Part shown: piece by piece, positions 33,337 to 45,762 of the stretch
Position numbering within the stretch: the first letter of the stretch is position 1
Layout: each line of letters opens with the position of its first letter
Assembly: GCA_047495785.1 (NCBI GenBank)
Contig: JBLDXI010000074.1
Span: 434,001-498,000 of the forward strand
From: Lepidodermella squamata
Taxonomy: Eukaryota; Animalia; Gastrotricha
Direction: 5' to 3'
DNA length: 64,000 bases
Translations under genes and position numbers: made by a program
Notes under the pieces: model-generated
Databases searched by the model: none
Seen by the model: the letters and a program-made list of their open reading frames with translations, nothing else
What the model was told of the DNA's origin: nothing

Positions 33337-36300
33337 TTGCGCGCAACTAAACTCCTTTGATTCCCATGTCGAAAATACGGGATGAAAAACAAGGTTTCCC
33401 TACACGTTGAGCATGCTTCCATCACTAAAGCTTCGAAGTTGAGAAAATTCCACAGAGAAGCTGAATTGTGAGTGGCGGCTCGTGTATGTGGTACTCGAGT
33501 AAATCCTAGGCTTCTAGTTTGGCCCGACAACGAGAAAACCGCTGACTTGACAATTGAAATAAAAATCTAAGGTAACGAGATCAGCAAGCTTTCTGTCAAT
33601 GGGCACGTTACTGGAATCCGCATATAGAGCATGTTAAAGCAATAGGGAATGTAAGAAGCCGGAAAATTAGCTAGTCAGAAGTAAGACTTGACCACCCCCC
33701 ATACACCGTAAGATTTTTAAGAAATCCAGATCACTTGAATAGGTCCAAGAGCAATCTGCAGATTCATTGATGTTTAGATATTGATTGCCAATATTGATAA
33801 CGGGCCGTTTTCAATGCTAAGCTATGGCTGGGCCTGGTTAACGTTTCCTGTAACACGGGAATTGTGCATTGGCGAGCTGTCCGTAGCGTTTGCTTCCCGC
33901 TACTGCAGCAAAAGTGACTATGATGTTGAGGCCTTGCTCAACTTTATTTCCAGAATCTGGACGGTTAAACTAATTGCCAAGAACGGAAAAGCGTAGTAAA
34001 TACTCCGCGTACGCCGTGCAAAATCCTAGATAAATTGTAAGCAGTGAGTCTTTGTCTGATTTGCCCGTCATTTCTCATTCCGAAGGTATGCAATCTTTCC
34101 GATTTCGAATATCGGTTTCTCTAATAACTTGTATTCTAATGCCTTCTGTGGAAAATGTCTACGGGTCGCACAGGGGTTCTGGGGTGTCGCAGCACCCCAG
34201 CTTCGAGATGCCAATTACAGGAAAGCCTGAATAATCAAAGGGAGAACCTTCGGTGTCTTTAGCTGGGTACCTGGAAACACCACAGCTCGAACCAGAAACC
34301 ACACCAGAAAGAGGAACCAGCAGTGGAGCCAAGATTTCTAAAAGTCCCCGGTTGCCTACATCTGCATCGTATCTGTAATGCTGTTAGCAAAGCCTAAACC
34401 ATGGCTGCACCATAAAGGCTTTTCATATTATTGAAGTATACTAAATCTCCTATCAACGTTTCAATTTTGATAAAATCACCACAGATTCCCCGTAAAATTG
34501 ATCACTTCGATTTTTGGGGGAGCGGACTTACGCGCAAAACGGGAGCAGACATATTTCAAATTCCATAGCGTGTTTGTGGCGTCGAAATGTTCAGCAATTA
34601 TACCGGATAAGGCTTTGATAATGATGATTATAAGGACACGAGAAAATGGGGACGTACAGCTGCAGGTGCCGCGTTCGCAATCATATCGCCCACCAGAAAA
34701 CAAAGAGCCCTTTTACGCGCTAATTAGAGAGTTGACCAATATTTAGGAGGTTGGATTTTTCTGCCTATTCAGCTCGGGTCAATTTCAGTTTTATTTACCA
34801 TTTTTGTAATTAACAGCATCCTAAATAGTGGCTTTGACGTGTATAACCTCGTTCAATCCTAAATAGCGCACGTTTGAATCATGGGGGACACACGTTCCGT
34901 GTCCTAAATAGAGGGATGTTTTCGTTGCGTACGACGATTTTGCTTGAAAGATACGGATTCACCCTATTTATTTGTTAATTAGATCTACAATAAAGCTGTT
35001 TCCTTATTATTTCGCTAAATAGGGCGCAGAGCACGACTTTTCATCCTCATTTATGACAAGCGGCTTTCATAGCTCTCATAAATAGCATTAGCCTAACCAT
35101 GGGGTAACTCGCTTGACGACCGGTTATTTCTAGGAAAAATCTACGCAAATTACTTTGATGACGTTATCAGCCGTAAATAACATGAAACCGCAAGCCGGAT
35201 TTTAACAGCACCCGCACACCGCTATCTCGCTATCGGTAGACCCTAATTTTAGGGCGCTATTCCGATAGCAAACTCAGCCCCGATAGCGACCTAATAACCA
35301 ATAAAATTTGAACTTGGCGCACACAGGACTGGCCGTCGCGCGATAAGGGCAGAGAGAGGTCAAATGCGTGTATTGCCTTGTTACTGATGCGGACTTGATA
35401 CTATTTAAGCGCTATTTATGGTAAATATGCATTCGAGATCCGTAATAAAAATGAGATCTAGCGAAATTATTGCTGTAACATATCCGTTCCTATCTGAGTT
35501 CCTACTTGATTTTTGCTTTAAATTTACTAGCCCGTGAATTTCATATTTGTGTGAACAAGTTTTCATATTTGTGTTCGAAATGGAAAAATACCCCCTTTGT
35601 ACTCAGCTCCGGACGGAACTAAGGAGCAAAAAGACGAAATTGCAAGACTTCTTACTGGTAGGAAACATTAATTATTTTTATTCATTCTTGGCATATTTAT
35701 GGGATATTTGCTAGAAAATCGTGAGGAGCTTGAACAGCTGCTGCTGTCCTACAATGCGGATGATCTTGAAAAATCGTGTTCTAATCGGCATGGTCTCGCG
35801 GTCATTCTTGCAAAGGCGTTAGCCATAGACAACACTGTAACAGATAGGAAACTAACGATCTTTCCATAGTGAATTTATTCGAGCTGTTATTGCAAAAAGG
35901 GCGGCACGCGACCACTTTTTTGATCACCCAACGCCCTATCCGCCCATTATAATTTTAATTATTTTCAAAAATAAAAAAAGCGACAGGTACCCCTTTAGAA
36001 AAATTTCATTTTCTGCTCATAAATAGTAGAAGTGGCCCTCTATTTAATGATGCCAGGTTCATCTTGTGTACTCTTATGGATAATTTTCTAAAAATCGCCA
36101 AAAAGTGCTATATTTGGTGTTTTTGGGCAGAATTGCCATTCTTCTGCCACGGTTGGCTCTTTCGGAAAATTTTTGAAAAATTTGAAAAAATTAGTTTATC
36201 CATATTGAGAATTTTCTCTATCCGGCGATGTAAAATTTGTCGGTTAATTCATTTATTTTGAATTTCCGATTATTTTCGGCCGTGCATATTGGAATTTGAA

Positions 36301-36813
36301 TTATCTCACAGCGTCACTTTGTTCGGAGATATTCTTGCGAATAATAATTTTTCGGTCCCAGAAAAAATCGGAAAATCAAAATAAATCATTTGTGGGGCAA
36401 ATTTTATATCGTCGGATAGAGAAAAATGTAAACATGGATAAACTGATTTTTTCAAATTTTTTAAAAATTTTCCGAAAGAGCCAGCCGCCGCAAAAGAATG
36501 GCAATTTTGCCGAAAATCACCAATTATAGCCCATTTTGCCGAATTTTAGAATATTATCCATAGGGGAACACTAGGTGTGCCTGGTATCATTAGATAGAGG
36601 GCCACTTCTATTATTTATGAGCAAAAATCCAAAATTTTTGGAAGAGGTACCTGTGGCTTTTTCAATTTTTGAAATTAATTAAAATTATAATGGGCGGATA
36701 GGGCGTTGGGTGATCAAAAAAGTGGTCGCGTGCCGCCCTTTTTGCAATAACAGCTCGAATAAATTCACTATGGAAAGATCGTTAGTTTCCTATCTGTTAC
36801 AGTGTTGTCTATG

Positions 36814-38369
36814 CCCACCACAAAGCCCAGAGCGTACGTTGGTAGTGTTGATTTTCAGCTCAATTACTCATTTTTTGAACAGGCCGGTGGCGTGCTTAAG
36901 GGCTTCAATCTGCCCCTGGATGTAATTAATCAAGATGAAGATCTTGTAAAAAGCCTACGACGATCAAGGCTTCACAAGCAATTTGATAAATTTTGCTCAA
37001 TAATTGCGGTTGGTTTTATTTCATCTCACTTTTCAGGTCAATGTTATTTTCGTGTTTATAGGTGGCCGTTTTTAAACATTGCAAAGGGGCCGTTCCGAAA
37101 AAGGGTGACTACGCACCTGTTTCCGCCGCTGTAAAGGAGCACTATCCCTTCGTAGTCGAAGACGATTATCTGGAAGTATGTGAAATTATTTATTCTGAAT
37201 TTTGCTAGGCTGGGTTGTTTATAGTATTCATTACAATTTTTCACATTTTTCAGGAATTTTTCTATTTTTTTCTATTTATCATTGTACGGAAATTTATTTG
37301 ATTTTTTAATTTTAGGTTTAGAAATTCCACCCGCACACGCTGCGGGATGATGTGAAACGTCAGTCCTCAAAACTGCGGGATATTATCCCGCACTTATCCA
37401 GCACCCGTCCCGCAGTCCATCCCGCAGCATCCCGCAATCAATCCCGCACCAACCCGCTGTATATCCTGTAACGCCACGCAGCATCCCGCAGTCCATCCCG
37501 CAGACCACTTCGCTGCCAAACCCGCAGTTTTACCGGTGAATAACCAAATTTGGTCGCCGAAATGTCGAATTCCCAGCGGCTCCTAATGGCTCATCGAGCA
37601 CCAATTCCGACATTTCCGCACTTGCCACTTTAGCATACATTTTTTATGCGCGAAAAAACGGGTTAAAAAACGCGCGCCAGGTGGACTCGAACCCGGGATC
37701 TGCCGTATTTCAGGCAGCCACAATACCACTACACCACGGTCGCCGCGATATTAAGGCAATGACGAATTCGTATTTGCGCGCTTTTTTTGGGTTAATGGCA
37801 TTCCGAAAATGCCGAATTGGCGCAGCATTCCTTTGTGGCCGTTTTTGCGGAGCTCAATAGCTGCTACAAATACCGGAAAATTTACTTGAAATGATCTTGA
37901 ATTTGGAGAATTCTAATCTAGCGGGAAGAGCCATATTTTTCTGTTTATTTATCTTGTGCATCACCAGTTTTTTATCAAACATTTGACACAAACGATTATG
38001 TAAATTTGCGAAATGATTCACGGTATGACGTTTGGCGGTAAAATCATTTAGTGTTAGATCCATCCCGCAGCATTTCCCGCGCCCATCCCGCAGCTGTCCC
38101 GCAGCTATTCCGATGACTGCGGGCCATATCAGTATGTATCCCGCAGTCGTCCCGCAGCTGTTTCGTACCTATCCCGCAGCTATCCCGCACTCATCCCGCA
38201 GCATCCCGCAGGGGTGCGGGAGGAATTTCTATATTTTTAATTTTCCCAGGAATTTTCTGACATTTTGAATTTTTAAGATTATTTTCACGGAATTTTACAA
38301 TTTGAAAAAGGCTGAATATTTGCTTCTAATATCTCTAGATACGCTAAATCAGATACGCTTTGTGGTGGG
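36814..38369. mobile_element. Nested non-autonomous element(s) with CCC...GGG termini and atcccgca subterminal repeats (CMC/EnSpm-like)
   Basis: TIR cccaccacaaagc / gctttgtggtggg. An inner inverted unit at 37330-38220 has many atcccgca repeats. Confidence 0.7.
37672..37745 (-). other. tRNA-derived segment (pseudo-tRNA or SINE head)
   Basis: TGGTGTAGTGG A box, CTGCC/GGCAG stem with an 8-nt loop, GGTTCGAGTCC B box and an imperfect acceptor stem. Confidence 0.65.
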
Positions 38370-38960
38370 CTAACGCCTTTGCAAGAATGACCGCGAGACC
38401 ATGCCGATTAGAACACGATTTTTCAAGATCATCCGCATTGTAGGACAGCAGCAGCTGTTCAAGCTCCTCACGATTTTCTAGCAAATATCCCATAAATATG
38501 CCAAGAATGAATAAAAATAATTAATGTTTCCTACCAGTAAGAAGTCATGCAATTTCGTCTTTTTGCTCCTTAGTTCTTTTTGCCTATAAAGTAATGATGA
38601 AGTACGTTAAGCCTGTTGAGCACCGAGTTTTTCATCTATTGAACGTACTTTCCTCATGAAATCTAAAAATAGTAAAGTGGTTGTTTTGGCGCGTTGCTAA
38701 CGATATTTCGACCATATCAACAGGCAGAACCCATTCCACAAAATCTCACAAAATCTCATGAGCTAACTCCTCACCGTTACCGAGTGATTGCTGCTCAAAG
38801 TTAAAAGAGAAAAATCAAACACTTCACGACGTTGCCCTACAGTGTGATTCAGAAAGGCCGCCCAAGCCACAATTAGTATTTTTTTCTTCCTGATTTTTCC
38901 CAAAAAAAAATTCCAAGTCCGCGCGTGCCGACTCAAAAGAAATTTTCGCAAAAACTAATA

Positions 38961-40765
38961 CAGGGTGTTTCAGAACTCGCGCACTATTGGAAAAGCATGC
39001 GGCAAATGCGCGCGCATTGTTATGCGCTTATACAATTATACGCGTATACTATTGTACCTATAAATGTACTACACACTACTGTAGTCTGCGTATAAAATAT
39101 GCGTCATACATAAATGTACAGCATACAGAATAGCACTGCCGTAGTTATTTTATGTTATTTTTTGGCGGAAACCTTCGAGCCTCGATAAATTGGAGCCGAG
39201 TTTCATTAAATATCTTTTTTATTTCGAGGATGATGTCATGTTTTTCTGAAACTCTGAAACATGCTGATTGATTGGACTCTGAAGCGAGAGGTTTAGAAAC
39301 AATTTCTCAATTTCCGTGGCTGGATATTTCAGAAACTGATGTTTTCTGAGAAAATTCTGATTTTACTTGATGTTGAATTTGTCGAAAAATCGTTGGTTAA
39401 TTAGTCTCCTGCCTTTGCATCAAAATTTCTTTCACGTTGCATGAATACAAGGCCCCGACTGCACAAGTTGATGAAAAATGACGTAGTTTAAACCACTTGC
39501 AAATGTTCTACATCGAACAAAGACAGATAATCAAGGTTTGCAGTTCATTACGTCGACCTAACCCATCAATTCAATTTCGTGGATAACTATTGGAAATTTA
39601 TACGAAATTACTGCCATGCAATCTATGGCAAAATGATTGACAATAAAGAACAAAAAATCCATGGCTAAAATTTTCACAATCTTCTGGAAACCCAAGAAAT
39701 AGTGAAAAATAGGCGATTTTCAGCCTTCAAAGTCCTGCATCTCCAAAGAACCATGGGTGGCAATTGCATATATTCGCATCGTGAGATAGTTAAGGACCCG
39801 GTCTATGAGGCTGATGGGTCGCGCAAAAAGTCTATCCACGGGGTTCGCAAGGAATCGCATGTCAAATGTCACGAAAATCGTCGTAGTTGGGTCGTTTTCG
39901 GCCGCAAACGGGTCATCTTTGCGACCCTCCCATCCGAGATCCCGTGGATGGATTCTCGATTTCTTGGTATCGTTGGAAAGCCTAAGAGCTGGTCTACCAG
40001 GCTGGTTGGTCGCGCAAAAAGTCTATCCACGGGGTTCGCAAGGAATCGCATGTCAAATGTCACGAAAATCGTCGTAGTTGGGCCGTTTCAGGTTACGTCA
40101 ATGTTTTTGCGTCCATTCTTCAGCAAGTGGTAAACGACATTATCCCGTGGAAGCAACTAAGTTTTTGCTTTTAAATTTTTGCTTACAGACATTTTAAGAA
40201 CTCAATCAGAGTGTTGCAACATCACCTTTTCTCACGACTTTTTTCACTTCTTCTCAATTTTTACGGCTCTTTTCAAGAGTGAATGAACGTTAATTCAAAT
40301 TCATGGTATAAAACAACAGCAACGACGTAAAAATCACATTATCCGGAATAAATTGTATAATATTTGTATTGAAAACTCGAAATGTATTCATAGCCACATT
40401 AAGAATCTGTCCTATTGGAGGTTTTTTCATTGAGAAATCGGCGAATTTCCAGATATTTTGCAAGAGCAAGTCTTATTTCTTAGCGATATCCCCATTACTG
40501 CAGCAGCGTTACGGTATATACGAGTTCGATTTGCGCATTTTATAATGCGCGCATACCGCTTGCACGCCATATGGGACGTATAGCGCCAACTACATAGCAT
40601 ATACGCATTACACGCATTAGCGTTTGCGCTAGCCGCGCCTTATACTGTGCAAGAATATAAACATATGTGCGCGGAATGTATGCGCAGCGCGCGCACGTTT
40701 ACTCTGGATACCAAGGCAACCATTTGCCGCAGGTTATTCTAGTGCGCAAGTTCTGAAACACCCTG
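38961..40765. mobile_element. Tc1/mariner-type non-autonomous element
   Basis: TIR cagggtgtttcagaact / agttctgaaacaccctg with TA on both sides. Internal ~80-bp direct duplication at about 39817-39893 and 40008-40083. Confidence 0.85.
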
Positions 40766-42283
40766 TAGCAGGCAATGATTAAAATAATAAATCTAAAACA
40801 ACGGATAAGACTAGGATTCAATGGCGACTGACAAGAATCGATAGGCTGGATGAAGATCTGAGCGGGTAACAGCTTAGCTTTTGACAGGAGAAGCTTCCGT
40901 GGAAGCTTCGCATTTTGAAAATCCGAAAAACTACCGTGGGAAATTAACGATGAAACGTGGACTTTAATTCTAAAAGACTAAAGCTGTAGTTATTAAAAAT
41001 AAGTGAAAGGCATAAGAACTGAAAAAAGGAATTACTGAAAAAGCGGTGGAAAAACATGAAAATAGCATTAGGACCGAAACTTGAACAGTTACTGCAAGCT
41101 TTTTTGCTATCTGTCGTGATTGGCGTGATTGAGTTGATGCTCATGATCGGCATGATCGGCGTGATCGGCATGAAAAAACGCCAAAATGAACGATAATAAC
41201 ACGCGATCATTCATCACAGAAACTGGAAAAACTGATGAATCCGATCCAATTTTTTCTACGGCCGTGTCGAACACGTGCCTGTTTATGATGCGCTCGGGCG
41301 CCCTTTCTGAATCACACTGTATAAATTTGCATAAAAGCTTCACTTCTGAACCTAACCTCCCTAGGGATTAATGCCATGGTTAATCTGCTAAGTTCTGCTA
41401 AGATCTCCCAAGATTCAAGATCTTTATAAATCTTTGCAAGAACTTGGAAAGACTTTTCAGTGATTACTTAAGCAAGATCTTTGCTGATCTTTGGAAGAAC
41501 TTGGAAGGATCTTTTATGATTGTTTCATAATGATCTTTCCTGATCTTTCCTGATCTTTGACGAAATTGAATAATTTCACTGAGTGTCACTGAGTGTCACA
41601 ATTTCACTGAGTGCTTTCACTTGAAATCAATGCTGCAATGCTATTTTCAGCTAAATTCCAGGCCCCCTTAGATATAAGCATAGGTACTCAATTGCTAAAT
41701 TTTAATTCTCATTAATTCTCTTTAATACCTATCGCTGAACGTGGTCAAAAGAGAAAAAGCGTGAGGGCGACACATCTTGCCGTATGGTACTTGCAAATAA
41801 TATGCATCAACGTGTAAATCGCAAGCATTGGAGTGTTATCACCGATCATAAAAGGTAGTGAAGACAGTGAAAACTCACTGATAATGTATTTTATTCGTTG
41901 AAAGTTCAACTCGTTAATAGGAATAAATAAGGTTGAAGGGCTGCCGAAATCATAAGTGTCTGTTTTCTCAAGAGGTAAGTCTAGCCGTCAGCCTAGTGCA
42001 TTCCAAGTAGAGCTGACGAGCCTGTGCAGATTCGCGTATCTCGAGATACCGGCAAAGACGTTCCTGGGCTCGATCTCGCTTCTTGCCATTCAGAGCTGCG
42101 GATAGACATGCGACGGCTGTCCTGTTTCTTGCCGGGGAAAACTTGACGTTCTGATCCGCTGTAGCCGAAATCAGTAAGTTCAATCGTTGTTTCAAAGTTG
42201 CAAAATCGTTGAGAAGAGGCTGCCGAGATTTCCAATTCAGGGTCCGCAGAGGACGGCCAGCTGGAACTGACTTGACAAGTTCA

Positions 42284-45200
42284 TTAAACCTAAAAATGGA
42301 TAACAGAATTTAAATTAATTTGAACAGGAGCATTGTTAATACTGAAACGAATAACATTGCGTACTTTGTTCGATGAATTCCCATTTGCTTTTTTCGCGTT
42401 TTCCAGCAAATTTTTCGCATTTTCTCTCCTCTTGCTATGCTTATCTATCTCGCGCTCTAGATCTTTAATTTCATTGAATAGGCATGCCATCTCATCAGTC
42501 ACGCGATACTGCATATCGGTTCCGGTCGGAATCGCAGAGAAACATTTTTTGATATTCTGAAAAACATAAAATTCATTATTTACTTGTTGACGGAAATTCA
42601 GGATTTACCTCGAGCCTTCCTTCCAACTGACTGATTACAGTATCGTCGAAAAATGTTATTCTAGTGGCCATAAAAGCATTGATCTCTGCCACCATCATCC
42701 TGCAGTACTTGCAAGCTTCGAAAAAGTGACTCATCGCCTCGAAATCGTCCTTTAACTGCTCGTGGCGGCGTTCCAAAGATTCGCGAATCTCACTCAGCTC
42801 TCGTTCGAATTTTAGCGATAATAACTTGTCCTTAGGAATCGACCGCTCAGATTCTAGTTCCCATTTCCGCAACAGCGCGATTTCAGCATTTTCGTAATTC
42901 AGCAATTCGTTTATTTTTCTCAGGGTTGTCGATACGAAATCGGCATCCTGCGACGAGCTCATTCGGACTTTAGCGGCAATACTGCGAGAATCACTGCAGG
43001 CGTCTACTTTAGCGAGATAGGGTCGAGTTTCGGAGATTATTTTCTTGCATAAACGTGTGGTTTCGTCTAGCTTCGTTTCTTCGCTTGAGAGTTGCTTGAA
43101 TTCAGCTTCACAAGACGCTACGGCAGTTTCAAGCTGTTCGAACCTTTCCTGTAAAAATTCAGAGATTTTTTAAGTACATATTTTTGAAATTATGAAAATT
43201 CATGATCCTAAAACTACTAAAGGTTCTCTTCGTAATCGAACCTTCAAAGTAGTCATCTGCCATTCAAGCAGGTTTTTGTCGTAAATATTGCCCTCGAGAG
43301 CCGCTTTTGAGGCCAATTTCTCGGCAGATTTCAAGCATTTCGCGACTCGAGTATCACGCTCAGCTTTCAGTCGCTTCTGAATGCATCCCAGCGCGCGAAG
43401 GCTGGCCGATGATTGACAGGTTTCCGGTAAATCGGCTATCTCACCAAAAGTCCGGTCAATCCAAGTAAGCAGCTCGCGCCACAAAACATCGTGCTGCTTA
43501 GCCTCCTTCTCGGCTACTTCCAAGCGATGGCTTTAACGATCCACCCATTCACCTTAAAGATTGTCAAAAATAAGAAATTAATTATTAAAATTAATTATCA
43601 AACTAACTGGTTAATTATATTAATGAATTGAAGCTCAATTGTAGAATGCTTTTCATATACCCCTAGGCCAAGTATATGTTAGGGCAATATGTAATTATAT
43701 GTTTACATAATTTTACATATTGGACAGTTGATTTTTACATATTGGACACTTGATATTTTAAGGAGGAGCACATATTGGACAGTTGTCTATTGTTCAGACC
43801 CATGAAACTCATGAAGCCCAAGAAAACTGAGGAAACCAAAATAGCTTTATTATTCAAAATCAATTGAGCCCTTCACAAAGTTGGTGGCCGAGAACCGAGC
43901 AGCATTCAGCCCCAATTTTGACAAATCGAGCAGCAATCGGCCACTATGTCGTGAATATCGAGCAGCATTCAGCCCCAATTCCAACGAAATCGAGCAGCAT
44001 TCCATCCGAATTTCGACAAATCGAGCAGCAATCGGCCACAATCCCAACGTAATCGAGCGGCATTCAGTTCAAATGTTGACAAAATCGAGCAGCAATCGCC
44101 AGCATTTCGGGAAAATTGAGCAGCACTCAGCCCCAATGTCGATAAAACCCAGAACTCCCCCGGGACAATCGCGAAATCCGAGCAGCAGTCGTCCTCAATG
44201 TTGAGAAAATCGCGCGGCATTCGTCCTGGAAATTGCCAAAACGGCGCCGTATTCACCTTGTATTCCATGTCATTCCATCAGACTTCGTACCTGGGTCCAA
44301 CTGGCTCAACAGAACGCTTCCTCGAACGGGATCGAAACCACGATTGAGCTTGAGATCGACAATGATCAGATCGGCGAACTAGTTGCCATGAGCCGAATTC
44401 ACTCACCATCTTGATTTGACGAGCCGACAGTTCAAATAGCTCGAGCAATTGTGCGATTCTTCAACGTAGCAGCGTGCCAGTTTGACGCGAATATCCGGCG
44501 GCAAAAAAGCGAGTGAAAATCAAAACGAAAATCGACAGAATGAGCGTTTGATTAAAAAATGACGAAAAGCTCAGTTTTCGATGAAAAATTAAGTTGGATG
44601 TTTTATTTTCCCATTATAATAACCGTTGCAACACGGGGGTATGGGGCACGAGGGTATTTCAATGGAGCCCTGACAATCGGTAGATACTACTATGCCTCGG
44701 GGTATATGCAAATATTGGACTTAGAGTCGTAAATATGTTAAAAAAACCTCTCAAATAATGTCCTCGCCTTCGGCTCGGCCATTATATGTTCGGTTTTTCA
44801 ACATATTTCCTCATCTATGTCCAATATATACACATATTTACCTATCTCTTTGACGCGACCCTGAAGATCGGCAATTTTGACATCGATACGCTTGACATCA
44901 TTCGCCGTGTTTTGGGGCGCGATCAATTTCAAACTACGACCAGCTCTTAGCAAATGCTTGACATCGTCGCGAAATTCATCGAACAATTTCTTAATCTTCT
45001 CCAAATCATCCTGTTGCCGGCGAACCGTATCGTAGACTACAGGCGCCGATTCGCTTGAGTGATCAACGTAAAAATCGGCTAAAAACGCCATAATTTTCGA
45101 TAAAATGTGCCCATTTATCAAATCCGTGTATTGCTTGTTGAAAACCTGTTGCGAATTGGTATGAAGCTGTTCGTTTTGTCGCAATTTGCGCCCGTAATAG

Positions 45201-45524
45201 GGCGTGTTCCAATAACAACCGGTCAACCGCGACGTGGAGAGGCGATAACGTGACCGAGGCGTCGCAAAACGGTAATGCGTAATTCGTTTTCGAGGCCATG
45301 AACGCGTTCGCAGCCGCTACAGCGTCGCCGACTTCGATTTCGAGCTGTTCCGCATGACCGATTACTGTCAATAGATGGCCATTGATACGGCAGCCGGATG
45401 ACAAGTACTTCAAAACAGCGACCTTATCCCGGCAGGCGTCAATCCATCGCTCGATCGAAATCTCGTCCAGCTCATCATCTGGGCTGTCAGATTTTCGCGA
45501 ATTTTCATTATTATTAACAGCCAT
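42284..45524 (-). pseudogene. Spectrin-repeat-like coiled-coil gene with two lesions; exons about 45524-44842, 43552-43242, 43148-42609, 42556-42365; 3' end uncertain
   Basis: Phase-compatible GT-AG introns and helical repeats with spectrin-like Trp (IERWID, FDKWAH, LLTWIDR). There is a +1 frameshift at the A5 run 45081-85 and an in-frame TAA at 43533-35. Confidence 0.65.
43657..44706. mobile_element. Intronic TIR element containing a degenerate atcgagcagca tandem array
   Basis: Termini atacccctaggc / gcctcggggtat. Repeats of ~29-30 bp at about 43895-44215. Confidence 0.6.
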
Positions 45525-45762
45525 AATTAGTTTATTAGGAATGTGCGAACTGAGCGGGTATGGCTTCTTACTGCATTGCGTGACCACGAGTAATTGCGCT
45601 GACCAAAAAAGTTAGCAGACTCCAGGGTTTTTGAGTCACTATACGCTCAGTATATTATGATGGCACCAGTTTGTATTTTCACCGCAGAAACGTCCTTAGC
45701 TTTTATTTTGATAAAACAACGTATCACAAAAACAAAAATATTGACGTCCTATTTTTCACTGG

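Larger units (their letters stand above)
35617..38575. repeat. Large palindrome centred near 36295, right arm interrupted by a nested element
   Basis: 35617-35824 is inverted at 38370-38575, and 35825-36290 is inverted at 36300-36813. Confidence 0.9.

Noticed and set aside
33500-34400. Coding-like composition, possible viral or TE relic
   Set aside because: The frames I read contain stops and no motif was recognised; a tBLASTx search would be needed.
37672-37745. Functional tRNA gene
   Set aside because: 8-nt anticodon loop, poor acceptor stem and location inside a repeat; treated as tRNA-derived.
43895-44215. Regularly spaced atcgagcagca motifs resembling a CRISPR array
   Set aside because: Degenerate minisatellite with related spacers, inside an intronic element in eukaryotic DNA; no cas genes.
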